Source: Cystobasidiomycetes sp. EMM_F5 (Eukaryota). From it: a stretch of DNA of 64,000 nucleotides. Positions 33,682 through 46,876 of this stretch are shown piece by piece; the first letter of the stretch is position 1, and the number at the start of each line of letters is the position of its first letter. The position numbers and the translations under genes are program-made. Under the pieces are notes generated by a model. That model did no database searches. It was not told the DNA's origin and saw only the letters and a list, made by a program, of their open reading frames with translations. The stretch lies in assembly GCA_051047955.1 (NCBI GenBank), contig JBPGPT010000005.1:434001-498000 (forward strand). Direction: 5' to 3'.

Positions 33682-35628
33682 ATGGCAGAGTCCGGCAGGC
33701 TGGATGGCCCTGCTCTCGATGGCTTCAATGCCGACGTATCTTTGACTCGACCAAGCTCATCACCTAGTCGAGGACCCGTCAGAACTCTGAGTGGTCGAAG
33801 TCGGAGTTCACAGCAGAAGCGGCAGCAGACATCCAGCGGTAGGCTTCTAACGTCGGAGCCAGCGGCTGATGTTACTGATAGCGACGGGCTGCCATCAGCT
33901 GTTGGTGGAAAATCATCCCATGGAAGAAGATCTTGCTGATATTTGATGATAGAATCCGATAAACGATGGCACACAGACACCCGCAGAGTCTGAGGCTGAG
34001 CTCATGGCTAAAGCTACGTCGAAAGTCAGCGGTCTACGTATGAGGTGAGTCGGACTTTGTGGCACTCATTGTCCACTCTGTAAACTTATTTCGTGCAGGA
34101 TCATGAGGTTTACCCCGAGTTGGTTCAGTGTGACCATGGGAACAGGTGGGTCTTACTGTGAGACGACTCTCTTTACCGCACTCAGACAGCGCTTTTACAG
34201 GCATCTGCAATACGCTGCTTTTCCTTCTGCCATGGCAATCTACGCATGCAGTATTTCGAGCCATTGGACTGGCTTTCCTCCTCCTCGACATTATCCTCTT
34301 TGCTATCTTCATCTCTATGACGGTCGCCCGATACGTGCTCTATCCCGAAATATTCATGGCCATGCTATCCCACCCCGTGCACAGCTTGTTCTTGGGCACC
34401 CTGCCAATGGGATTTGTAGTATGTTCCAATGTTAGAAGTTTTCTCCTTACCTTGATGCTAACGACATCTTGCTTGCTAGACTATCGTATCCGGAATAGCC
34501 TTCCAGGGTCATGAGTATGGCTTGCGAGGCTCCGTCCAGGCCGCCGCCGGTTTATGGTGGCTTGCGTTAGTGCTGTCGTGCGCAACTGCGTTTATGGTGC
34601 CCTTAGCCATGCAGACGACGCAGAAACATACAAGCGAGTCTCTGACCGCGGCTTGGCTACTTCCCATTGGTGAGTGACATGCCACGTCAAATCTGCTGAA
34701 TTGACAGCTTATTGGCCATGTAGTCCCACCAATTACTGTTGCGGCCTCGGGATCTACCATCTCTGCGTTACTGGTAGAGAGCGATCCAAACTACGCATTG
34801 ACGATCTGGATTGCCTCGTATTGCATGGCCGGTATCGGCACGTTGACAGCTTCCATGGTCCTGGTTTTGTATTTCCAGAGACTTGCATTACACCACATTC
34901 CTGGTCGGGAAGTAGTCGTCTCCACGTTTCTTCCGCTTGGACCCTGCGGGCAAGGTGGATATGCGATTCTCCAGCTTGTAAGCCGTATTGAAATTACGTT
35001 ATAGAGCACAGGCTCACGTGTACGGCAGGGTCGCGTCTCTAGAAGTCTGTTCCCAGTCATATCCTCGATGAATGCCGGCGGAAATGACGGTCTGGCAATT
35101 CTGTCAGAGACTGCCACTCCGCTATACGCAATCGGTATTTTCGTCGGACTGCTCGTCTGGTCTCTTGGTGTGTGGTTCACCTTCTTGGCGGTTGCAACCT
35201 TGATCATCCAGCGCAGAAATGGTACTATTGGTTTTGTGAGTGCTGATCAACCCTAAGTAGCACGGTTTCTAACGATGGCGCTAGTCTATGGGCTTTTGGG
35301 GATTTACCTTTCCTCGTAAGTTCCCTGTGCGGTGCTCTTCCAGCATATTACTGACAATATGATGCTGCCAGTTGGCTCGCTGAACCTCTTGACCTATGCG
35401 CTGGCGCAGACCTTTGATTCCATGTTTTTCAAGGTCGTCGGTACCATTATGACATTCTCGGTGGTGTCATTGTGGGCGGCGGTCTCTGTACCTACTGTGA
35501 TCGGGTTCTACACGGGGTCCCTCTTTCCTGCTCCGTGTCTCATCAAGCTGCCGAATCTTCTGAATGAGGCGGAGGGGGAAAAGGGTCGACAGACTGAGAA
35601 TGGCTCCACACTCAATGTCAGTAAGTAA
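33682..35628 (+). CDS. SSU1: TDT/SLAC1-family channel (sulfite efflux Ssu1 / malate transporter-like)
   Basis: FTPSWFSVTMGTG, HPVHSLFLGTLPMG, LTAAWLLP, STFLPLGPCGQGG, GFWGFTFP; multiple transmembrane helices. Confidence 0.9.
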
Positions 35629-35701
35629 GTAAGCTGAATATGGGAAGCAATGTAGCGAGTAGCCAGCAGCCCGCATGTATAAGCCTGATACCAACTGCAT
35701 A

Positions 35702-36847
35702 TCATTGTGCATTCTCCTTTAGATATTTATACACAACACTGAAATCCTTGCCATTGTAGCGCGAGTCCGCTTCGACTTGTTTATACAGATCGAGGGCTAC
35801 TGTGGACAGCTTGCTCAACCCACCGGTCACGGCATTCGTGCTAGATGCTATTGACTGGTCGGATGTAGAAGCCACTTTTCCCGCCTCCATCTCTGCATCT
35901 AATGCTAATTGCAGATCTTTGCGCATCAAGCCGATCCCAAACCCGCCTTCATAGTCTCTGCTCGCTGGTGCATTTGGGAGTACGCCCGGAACGGGGTTGT
36001 TGGACTCGGACGGCCAGCACTTCCCCGTCGAGGTATTTAGCACTTGTGCCAGGACGTGTGGATCCAGCCCCAGCTTCTGGCCCAGCAGCATGGCATCACA
36101 CGTCGCTAGATTTGTCATTGCTAGAGCGTAATTGTTGGCCAATTTGGCTGCCAGACCTGCACCAGCGTAATTCCCGCATACGACTGTTCGTTTCCCCATG
36201 ACGGACAGTAGTCTTTCGAGAGTTTCTCGCTGGTGATCTGACAGACTGGGAGGATGTGAGACCATAAACGTCAAAGTACCTGCCGTGGCTCCTATCACGC
36301 CTCCAGAAACGGGCGCGTCAACCAGAGTCGCTCCGGCATTGGATATCTCTCTGGCGAGCTCGACTGTAGCAGCTGGCGATATAGTGGAAGAGTCGATGAA
36401 CAGCTTGGAAGTTATAGAAGACGAGGAGGATGGAGATATGAACGGTTTGAAGACGTCTTGGACGTGCGAAGTATTCGGAAGCATTGTTATTATCGTGTCA
36501 GACTTGTCGATGCAGTTTGTAGACGATATGGCGATATCCGCATGCGGGACGTCTTTGCGGAACGCGTCGAGGGCGGGTTGCATCACATCAAATACGGAAA
36601 GAGTATCGGCAGATGAAAGTGACTTTGCCAAGTTGACTGCCATAGGGTATCCCATCCGACCGAGACCTGCTCGCGTCGAGATTTCTCAGCTGAAAGGCAT
36701 ACCGGGGAGGCATAGATGATTTCCAGACACACCTATGAAGCCATACGCTGCTCTCGCTTGCCTGGATATTGATATTCCACGTCGGCCTTGAAGGACCGGT
36801 GCGGCCGCGGTCATTACCCGGCGACCTTCTCGACGAGCTACGGACAT
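35702..36847 (-). CDS. HIBADH: 3-hydroxyisobutyrate dehydrogenase, mitochondrial
   Basis: Presequence-like N-terminus, then GFIGLGRMGYPMA, IDSSTISP, DAPVSGGVIGA, AAKLANN, NNPVPGV, LMRKDL, KDFSVVY. Confidence 0.95.
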
Positions 36848-37087
36848 GGTTCAAATTGGAGGAGGAGGGTGGGATTCCAGAGCAGGACGGGACATGCATG
36901 CATAGACTAGAATATCATTGCAGATGGCTGCAGTTCTAAACTAACGGTGACTTTGCTCGTTGTCAAGGGTCGCCACGCCGTAATTTTGCGAGACCAGCGA
37001 TTGGCCGATCCCGCTGGCCTTACTTTCTCTTTACGCTGGCAGCACTGAACTCAGACTACCACCAATATCAACTTCTGATACTCCGCC

Positions 37088-39325
37088 ATGACTGTCGCGA
37101 TGGCTTCCCTCAGCACCGCCAATCTCGCTGCCTTCAGGTCTTCCTGCCCGTACCTCGCTCGAACTTCGTCGAAATCGCTGCGGTCAATGAGCACCGTCGT
37201 ATCGCTGCACGGCATTTCCAGGCTCAGAGCGACTGCAGAGGCTTGGTGAGTTGCGATAGTATGCTCAGTCTCCGTAGCATACTCACCCTGACCTTGTCTC
37301 CTCCTCTCTGCGAAATTCCATCAGCCCGATCTTGGGTCCTGTCCTCGCAACCAGAGCGCAACAGCTCGGCCTGGCTTCCAAAGGAGCAGCAAGAGGGTAT
37401 GCTGCAGTCGCTGACAGACGCACTATCGACGAGATACATCGCAAGGAGGGCGTGCAGGTGAAGCCTGGTCAAGGTGGGACATGCCCCCACGCCGCCGCCG
37501 GCATTGCTGCAGCAAAGAGGGCACAAGAACTGGCCAAAGAGACGGAAGAGGCGCGCATCTCGTCCAACGTGACTTCCTTCGAGAGCCCTACGACGCTCGA
37601 GAATGCAACTATTCCATCCCATGCCTCCACCTCGACCCAGTCGGCCGGAGCGGCCGCTGCTCTCCGCATGAATCGAGCAAGCTCTTCTTTCGATTATAAT
37701 GGTTTTTACGCTGAAGAGCTGGACAAGAAGCATAGAGACAAGTCATACAGGTTTGTCGTACTTTCTTGCATTGGTCCATCGCTTGGGTCTTTGCAGCCAG
37801 CAACGGCTTCGGACGGCACTTCCCCGGTGCCGTTGCCACCATTGTCTTGACATCTTGCTGACTCCGCGACTTCTCGCACAGATACTTCAACAACATCAAC
37901 CGCATAGCCGATAGATTCCCTATCGCGCATACCGGAGCTGCCAATGAGGTTGTCGTCTGGTGTTCCAATGACTATCTCGGCATGGGCCGGAATCCAGCAG
38001 TACTCGATACCATGAAGCAGACATTGTCTCGCTACGGAGCTGGAGCAGGTGGTACACGTAACATTGCCGGCAACAATGCTCTTCATCTGGCATTGGAGGA
38101 TGAAGTTGCCGACCTCCATCGCAAACCTGCCGGCCTCGTCTTTTCTTCTTGCTACGTCGCCAACGATGCAGTTCTGGCCACTCTTGGCAGTAAGCTGCCC
38201 AATTGCGTCTACCTCAGCGACGCATCCAATCACGCTTCCATGATTGAGGGCATCAAGCACTCTCGGGCACAAAAACTCATCTTCAAGCACAACGACCTGG
38301 TAGATCTCGAAGCTAAACTCGCAGCCCTGCCTCGCTCGCAACCAAAAATCATCGCTTTCGAGTCTGTATACTCCATGTGCGGATCTGTGGCGCCCATCGA
38401 AGCGATCGTTGAGCTCGCTGAAAAGTACGGTGCCATCACCTTTTTGGACGAGGTACACGCCGTTGGTCTGTATGGCAAACGCGGTGGAGGTGTCGCAGAG
38501 CATCTCGACTACGACTGGAACTATGCTGCGGCCAAGAAGACTGGAGCAAAGTCCATCATGGATCGGGTGGACATGATTACCGGAACACTCGGCAAGGCAT
38601 ATGGTTGCGTCGGAGGTTACGTCGCTGGCTCATCTGATCTGATCGACATGATTCGCTCATATGCCCCTGGTAGGTTGAAAGGCATCCATCCATGACTCAA
38701 TTTCGCTAAATATGCTGTTTTGACAGGCTTCATTTTCACTACTTCGTTGCCACCAGCTACTGTAGCAGGCGCAACGACCTCGATTGCTTACCAGAAGAAC
38801 ACGACGAGCGACCGCCGCTTGCAGCAGGTCAACACACTGGCAGTCAAGCAGCAGCTTGCAGATCTTGATATCCCCGTCATCCCTGGACCTTCACACATCG
38901 TTCCTGCCCTTGTCGGAGATGCCGCCGCCGCCAAAGAGGCATCCGATCTTCTTCTCGAGAAGCACGGAATCTATGTCCAGTCTATCAACTATCCTACCGT
39001 AGCGCGCGGCGAGGAACGACTCCGCATTACGCCTACTCCGGGACATACTGTTCAACAACAGCAGCATTTGGCTTCCGCCCTCAATTCCGTCTGGGACGAG
39101 CTCAAGCTGAAGCGCACTTCAGACTGGGCATTGATTGGAGGCCGATGCGGGGTTGGAGCTGCCAATCATGTTCCAGTACCTAGGATCTGGTCAGACGAGC
39201 AGCTCGGACTCCTTGATGGAACCGCACCAGTTGCTCTGAACTCTACCGATGCTGCCACCGAAGCTATCCCAGCCAATGCGCTGTACCAAAGACAAAGCAG
39301 TCAGGCTGTAGCAGCTAGCGCGTAA
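37088..39325 (+). CDS. HEM1: 5-aminolevulinate synthase, mitochondrial
   Basis: CP heme-regulatory motifs (SCPY, CPVL, TCPH); [42 protein letters not shown]. Confidence 0.98.
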
Positions 39326-39569
39326 TGCTTGTCCTCCATTGTCTTTACAAGAAAGTAATATCTGTCGGTCCCAAAAAGCAGGCTGTGCAGTCAAGAGCAG
39401 TCTGCGAAGCAGGTCTAAACATACGTTGTAGCGTTCTATTCGAGGTGCCCTAAATCAAAAGCGTTTTTACGCCTTTTCCGACTCCGTTTTTCTAACATCG
39501 TCATTTTGGCTTGAGCCTGTAATCATTATCCTGATATTGCGGTGATAATTGCTAAACTAGTAACGCTGT

Positions 39570-40382
39570 CTACGCAAACAAGCCATAGTCTACTATCTTG
39601 AAATCCTGTACAGCTTGTTGAAACCATTGTTTTGCTTTCACTTCGAGCTCTTTCACGTTGGCGTCCAGAATGCCTTGAGCTGCCTTTATTTGTGTTGCTC
39701 GACCCAAAGGAACATTGATTGTCACGGTAATATCTGCTCCTCGCGTTATTTGCGGGTTCGCTGGACTTGGCTCATGTAGATCTACTCTTATAACGGCTAG
39801 GAATATCTTGACGAGATCCGCCTCTTCTTCCGACAGATTGAACTTGCTCACTACCTGTGTACCTTCCAGAGTCGCGTATAGGTGCGTAATGGAATCATCA
39901 TCTTCGCCTTGCTTCGCAACAGCAGGAGGTGGTTTATACGGCGAGTGAGAGGATGACGGAAGAGGGAATGGAGATGAGACAGAATCTACTTCGGATGAGA
40001 GGGCTGAATTGTCGTGTGCTAAAGAGGAGAAATGGTACCTATAGAACGATAAGATATGAGCATTAGGATGATGCGGCGCAAATGAGTCTATCTGAATGAG
40101 CACTAGACGCACCTGACTGCTTCACGTAAATCGTTTGCCGCCTGCTCTTCTCGCACTATTTCGAGTATCTCGAAGATGATGGACGAGTCTGAGTCTGGGA
40201 ATAGGAAGACTTCCTGCGTGTCGGGGACTTGTCGCAAATCACTGCAAGTAGTAGACGGGGGCATATAACTTGAGATTACTTGCGTAGTCTCAATATGTGG
40301 CATCGGCCAACCTGGCGTCAATGACATGTTCCGGCAGACTCGTTTGCAGAGCTCCGCCGAAGAGCTGGCGGATGGAGGACAT
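39570..40382 (-). CDS. MOG1: Ran guanine-nucleotide release factor Mog1
   Basis: RQLFGGA, SDLRQVPDTQEVF, IIFEILE, ADITVTINVP, FKIVDYGLF. Confidence 0.93.
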
Positions 40383-40618
40383 GATACGGAAGACTGTCGA
40401 GTGAACGGATAGCAGCCTCGTCTAAACCGTCATGAAGGTAAGCATGTTGAAGTTGCTGCAGAGACGCAATGTCACGTCGCCACCGGCATGACGGCACATA
40501 AGAGCGCCTTCATGTGCAAGACCACGCTTGTCCTAGCATGACATGCTGATGAAGCAGAGTTGTTTTGTTCGAAACAACAGCAACGTCTGGAATTTTGTTA
40601 ATACAATGACAAGGGCTA

Positions 40619-41881
40619 CTACGACATGGGTTGCTCCACAGGAATTTCGCTGTCTGCCGCAGCTGGCGCAGACTCTGCGCCAGTCGCAGGTGCCGCTGCT
40701 GTACTGTCACCTGCGTCATCCGTGGTAGAAGCTGTCTCTATTTTCGCAATGACCGCTTGCAGTTCGTCCTTTTTCAGTATGCGGAACCGAGATGTCGGTG
40801 TCACTATCGCCAATTCCACATTGTTCTCATCCAGCTTTTCCTCCATCACTTGCTTTAGCACTTTGAGCGCGAGGACTTCCGCATCATCTAGCTTCAATGA
40901 CTGAAACGTCGTACGCACGGTGATTAGAGCGTGCGGACGCAATCTATTCAAGTATGCTTACCTTGTGCCATGAATCTTGTAGCTCAGTCTGAGCGCCTTC
41001 TGAGCCTGATCCAATTGCTTTCGCGTCATACCGCATGAAAGTGCCTGACGGATCTGCATGGTATCTGCAGCAAAGACATCAGCGAGGAAGAAAGCGTGCT
41101 TAGATTGGTAGCGTACAACTGTGGCCCGTTCTCATCGACTCCGGCAATCAAGAGCGCGACACCGAACGGCCGTGACTGTGTGTCCACTGTCAGTTCCATC
41201 ACATCTCAGCTTGAATGTGAGTTACCATTTTGGCTTCCTCATCTGCTGTCGACTCTCCGAACCGCATAGCAAGATCGCCGACTGCTTGTGTTACGCTCTC
41301 TACCTTGATAGGTTCGTCATAGGTGAATGTGTGGTTCTGTGCGAGGGCGTTCTCAGCAAACTGCTAACACAATTGCACTTGCTGTTGCTGACCTGCGCTG
41401 TGACTCTTGCATGATCCACCATTGTTCTCGCATCTGCCGTGAGTCCCGACATTGCACATCCAATGTGTGAATCGATTTCCATGATCTTTTCGATACTGCT
41501 GCTTTCCAGCAACGGCGACTGTACACGCTTCTCGACGCCAAGTACCACGCCTTCCGACGTCTGGATACCAATTGTCGTAGAACCCAGCTGTACGCCCAAT
41601 GTATATGCAAGTCAGATTCATGTTTCCAGCTTGCGCGTCAGTACAGTCTAGGTACGGGTGACGGACTTTGATGGCTTCAATGGCATATTCGACTGGGTAT
41701 CATGCAACTCTTAGCTGTGTTATTGCACACGGTAGCGCCCTTTGCTCACTCTGGAATATCCGTCCCTCTGGCGAGAACGATGACACCGACCGGTCTGGAC
41801 ACCCAACTTTAGCCATTAAAGGAGTGCATTACAGGCTCATCATTTCAGAAGCGTACCGTACTCGCTCCTTGACAGAAACAT
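40619..41881 (-). CDS. PUP2: 20S proteasome subunit alpha-5
   Basis: MFLSRSE...[50 protein letters not shown]. Confidence 0.97.
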
Positions 41882-42013
41882 GGTTGGCAATTCTTCGGTT
41901 TGCAGTGTGCCAAAACAGTGACGATGAGCTGAGTGTCGAAATGATGATCGATGTAAAGGCCAGCTTTCAAGTCCAGCTGTTCATACGTTGGCTTGTGCAT
42001 ACACGACATCAAC

Positions 42014-42537
42014 ATGACAGCCGCAGCAGACGCCTTGCTGGATCCTGCGAAAGCTCTGCATCCCGAGAATGTAGCTCATAATGCACGCGCCTTGAATTAT
42101 ATACGCTCCAGTCAGTCTCAGTACTCCGAGAGTAATGAGCTCCACATTGAGGCCTAACATATCCAATTAATCACAGCCATCGCAAGCATAGCGGGAGCCG
42201 TCGCTGGCATTCTCGGAGTTCGTGTCGCCCGCCGATACTCTGAGAGGCAGACTTACAGACTTGGCCTACAGCTCACATCGCTTAGCGGCTTTGGCTTCTA
42301 CCTCCTCACATCCATCATGGCTGCATGCGTAATCTACGTATGCAATGCCGAGCTCAAGCCGGCAAAGTATTTCTATAATGGCTTCCTCGAAACCGCTACT
42401 CAAGGCTTGTTGGGCAACTTGCTCAGCTATACTCTGTGTGAGCAAGCTCGCATGCATTTCATGCAGCAACAGCAATTCTTACACAGATGATAGTCTGGAC
42501 TCTCTTTTATGGGTTGGTGCACGTTTTCGAAGCATAG
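42014..42537 (+). CDS. EMC6: ER membrane protein complex subunit 6 (not visible in the ORF track because it is spliced)
   Basis: Spliced ENVAHNARALNYIRS...SIAGAVAGILG LTSLSGFGFY...GLLGNLLSYTLFWTLFYGLVHVFEA. Confidence 0.9.
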
Positions 42538-42793
42538 AGCAACAACATTACGGCAAAGATGCACTGCAAACTCAGCACGACGGCGATTGACGAGCGTTAT
42601 GAGCACTTGAAATCTCGAAATCTCTTTGTACACTCTACTTCGCCAGGAAATAGAGAATCAAGGATTCTGCCCCGGAGGAATAAAGATATTTAGCGGATCT
42701 TGACCGTATAAAGGTCCATCGGTATTCTGGCCCCCAGGTGAAGACGAATCTGTGTATGCAACATCAGCTCATGGCACAACTCCCGGAAGCACG

Positions 42794-44113
42794 CTACACA
42801 CCGTTATATCCCGGAAATTCTGGTCCGGCGATGCCCAAGGAGAACAACTGCTCGTCCGAATTGCCGTCGCACGGCAGAGCGCGGATCTGGCCAGTATGAT
42901 TCGCGTCTGACCCTGCAGCCCAGCACTGCTTGTTTCCATTACCTGTCGCAAGTCTTACAATTAGGCGCCGCCGTGTTTGTACGTCCCGCTACACTTACCG
43001 TCCACAATGCGGATATTGCACTGGCGGCCATACCTGCAATGCAGGAGATGTCTCTCAGTCACTGAATCTATGTATTTCCGCGATGAATATGACGTACCAC
43101 CATTGATATGGAATCTTACACTTCTTTGCTGTCTTGCGATAAGTGTTGCAATTGACTACAAACCGCTGAGTATAGTTTGTATTGGGCGTGATGTCAGGCA
43201 GCCATTGTGGAGCACCGCCATTGGGCGAATACAGGCCAAGTTCCTTGTTCGTTTGGTTGGATGCAGCAATTCCGATGACAGAACCTCCACCTTCACCACA
43301 TTCATCGCGATTAACATGGCTTACTGGTACTATTCTGAAAGTCTGCAATTTCCCAAACATGTCAACTTATAGCCATATGGAGGTCCGACCGACTCACTTG
43401 GCAATTCCTTGCGTTCTCTGCTGGCATTCCATCCAGAGGCCAAGTGCGGATTGAGGCGCTGTCAGGAGCATCCTTTCAGCTATGTCCGCAACGTGATTTG
43501 GCATACTATCTCGCTAACTTTGCAAAATAGGCCCGGTAGATCGAGGGGTCTGTCCACTAATAAAAGGATACCTCATCAGCCTCTGCTCAGCTAACTGCAG
43601 CTCTTATACTTACATCGTAGTCACCGCCAGCGATGAAGTCCATGCACTGCACGATAAGAGTGCCGGAAGTCAGCTGACGGTACTGAAATGCTCTTGCAAA
43701 AGGGGCCTACATTTGGGATGTCGATGACTATGGGCCGGTTCGTAGCAGATACGTTTTGCAAGGATTTCGTCAAGTAGAATCTGACATAGTCTCGGTCGTT
43801 GGAGGAGCTGAGATTGATTTGGCCATTACCCTTAGCTGAACGCTTCAACTGTTCATTTGCAGCTCGGTCTGCGGTACCACATCGTTCGAGGGCATCTGGC
43901 GAAGCAATGTGAGCTCTCGCCTATCAGAGGAAGCATACCAGCAGAGACGCAGGGTATTCAGCAAGTACTGCCAAGATCTACGATGGTACATGGCTCGCTC
44001 ACTATGTTGATGCTCGCTTGCTTCCCGGAGTCAGCAGATGCCTGCGTTGGCCGGATGATTGCCATCGCAATCAGTAGCAGATAAGTGAGGGTGGGGAGTT
44101 TGGTACCGGCCAT
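42794..44113 (-). CDS. Secreted ricin-B (beta-trefoil) lectin-like protein (multi-exon)
   Basis: Signal peptide MAGTKLPTLTYLLLIAMAIIRPTQA; spliced repeats ending NCQTF, TQRF and CWAAGSDANHTGQIRALPCDGNSDEQLF (QxF variants of QxW). Confidence 0.7.
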
Positions 44114-44482
44114 GTTTATAATTACGTAGTGAACGTCGTGTAGGTAAGAGAGTGTGGGTTTAGTGCTGGCATCAAACGGATGTAGCATCACGCGTTATTG
44201 AGGCAGTCCTGACAACACCGCTCAATCTATTGACCGGACAAAGGTAGTACTCGCCACTCTTCAGAAATAGCGGCAAGATCACAGCTGGACACCGATTAGA
44301 CGAATTGCAGGCATGTCAAGATTCTGCCTCAATATAGAAATATCACCTACACCCAAATTCAGTCTAATAAAATTGTGCGGGCTACCTTTTGCTACAAGCC
44401 TTTTGCTACAATATGGCGCCGACGTGAGATTCATTGAGACTAATGCTACGCAAGCGTCCGTTTGGCCGGCGGATCGTTTCCT

Positions 44483-46399
44483 TTACACGAGCGAGAAGTG
44501 CTGAAGGTCAAACACAATCTCCTTGAATCCGTAGGACATGGTAAAATTCGACGCCGTACCCGTTGGAATCAAGCAAGATCGGAGAATGCTAACCATACTA
44601 CGAACGACATCGTCAGGGATGCGAAGGCCGATGCGCGAATTTGCCCCAGGGATCGCCTGTGCGGCACTCATATTCTGACGAATCTTGTCGCGAAAATTCT
44701 CGATTTGCTGTGTGTTAGCGAGGGTCTCTCCGAACTTATAAATGATCTTGGGACCTCTCGTAGTCTGACCAAGATCGTTATAGAGGAGATCTGCCTCGGT
44801 TTCCTCCAGAGCATAGCCACCTTGGGTTGGCCTCCAATGGTGAGCATCGTAAGTGAAGTAAAAGTATGGCTTGGCCTTGCCTCTTCCTCCGAGGTCAAGT
44901 TGAGCATACACTCGCTTAGGAGTCATTGTGTATACCTTAATGCCGCCCGAGATCGCCTCGCGTGAAGGGGAATCTGTGCCAATAATCAATATCTCAGACC
45001 TCTCCCACAGCCATGTGGTCTTACTGCTTGGAGCACGAGGAGCACTGATCACGACTGCTGAAGGACTGCCACGTGCTGGTGATTCTGAAAGCCGATCGTC
45101 AGTGTAAGCTTACGCCAGGCTGTGAATCTTGTTTACGGCTGCGAGTCAACCTTCTGCCATCCATTGCCAGCATTCCTGTTGCGATCGTAGATAGAGTGCT
45201 CACTGAAGAGACTGCATACCTCACTGCGTGAGGACATCAACTGTGTTGTACTGGTGCATGGGACTTACCGCTGGCAGTGCGAGAACGCGGCTGAGGAGTC
45301 TTACGCATCCCTGTCGTTGTCGGTGCAGGTGAAAGCAGTCAGTGTATTTCACGCTCAGCTTCCTGCTCGAATGTACCGCTTTCATGACCAGGAACACTAT
45401 GTCGGCGGGAGGCCGAAGTCGAAGGCGAACCCCACGGCGATGGAGACGGCGTGGAGTTTTCCGTGTAGCCTTACGGGCGACAAGCGGCACAAAAATCAGC
45501 ATGAGTGATTGACGTCATCGTCTGTTCCCTCTTTTCTTGACAAGGCATAGAAAAGCAATAACTTACTACTGACGGATGTTCCCCTCGAGGAGAGCGGCGC
45601 TAGTATGGTTTTGTACTTAGCCTACTCGAACGGAGAGCAATTTTTATGCCTTACTGTAACCCCGGTCACCAGGTACCCCGGTCAACCTTCGTAACAGAGA
45701 GTCAGTCATATGCGGGCAGAGGCAAAATTGGAGACTTGCATCTCGCCTCTCCAGCCGCTGTCATTCCTGACCAAAGGGATAAACGATTAAGAGGAGTCTG
45801 AGCATACGGAGTTTGGCACAAACTCACACGTTGCTCATAGCGATTCTTGTCGGCCTGTGTCGCTCATTTAAATGCATCGTTATTGACTCCGCCCTCCGTG
45901 ACATAGGCAGAACAACAACCTTGCTGGATGTTGCGTAATGCGAATCGGGCTGTTGCAGAAACGTACGCACACTATCGCTGTCGGTCGGAAAAAGTGCCCT
46001 GTTCTGTACGTACTTGTCTGTTTTCAGACACCATTTGACGTAGTCTTCGAGGCACTTTGATCCGTTGAGAAAGATCGGGTCTTTGATGCTAATGCAGATG
46101 TTGCTATTTGTGGGTCGGGAGTCCCGCCGAAGCCATTTGCGAATACGACGGTCCTCGTTCAGCATAGCCTTCCCGGCATAGCTCTCGTACTGTATGATGA
46201 GATGGACAGAGCCTGATAGGTCGACTGCAGCTTCGCACTTCGTGATCTCAGCGACATATGCTCGGTTTTCTGTGAGCGTATTCTCCAGATTTGGGAGCAC
46301 CTTGCTTGAAGGTCTTAGCCTTTTCATGGCGTTATTCGACCAGTACAGCGAATTGAAAGTAGGCTTTGCAGGAAAAGGAGAAGGTGAACGCTTATTCAT
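44483..46399 (-). CDS. Orphan two-domain protein, tandem paralog copy 1 (about 8 exons)
   Basis: ORF 45824-46399 splices through conserved short exons (NDSGWRGE, LTGVPGDRGY, TPLSSRGTSVS) and a Ser-rich linker into ORF 44483-45052. Confidence 0.75.
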
Positions 46400-46876
46400 T
46401 GCGAAAGTGGAGCTATGACGTGGAGTCCTGTTAATAAAATTCTGTCGATTGCAAAATTCTCGAGTCAGGGGAGTTTAGGAGGACGAGACCGGCAGCGCAA
46501 AACGCTCGCAATGGCTAAAGGTGAGCCAGCTGACAGGATTGCGCAAGTCGGCGGGACGGACAATGAGCACAGCGCAGGTATGTGTCGGCTGTATACAGGC
46601 TGTGCAGACCAGCCAAGATAGCAAACTTGTCTGTGCTCCGATTAGCAGGCGACCAGACCCCATCGCAACATACTGAGCAACCTGTGGTGGTAAGCCTTGG
46701 CCTCGTCAAGCGAGTCACTTTATGATTGTTCTGGGTAGTGGCGTCAGTTCGAGCGGACCGGTCATAATTAGTCTATGCGAGCTGTACATATTGCATCTAA
46801 GAAAGCAAGGCAACGGTAACATGAGACTTCATAGGGATTGAGCTCAGAAATATACGTTCGCCTCTGGTTCAGTTGC

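Noticed and set aside
8798..39325. LEU1, L2HGDH, HIBADH and HEM1 as a metabolic gene cluster
   Set aside because: Widely spaced, interspersed with unrelated housekeeping genes, and no backbone secondary-metabolite enzyme.
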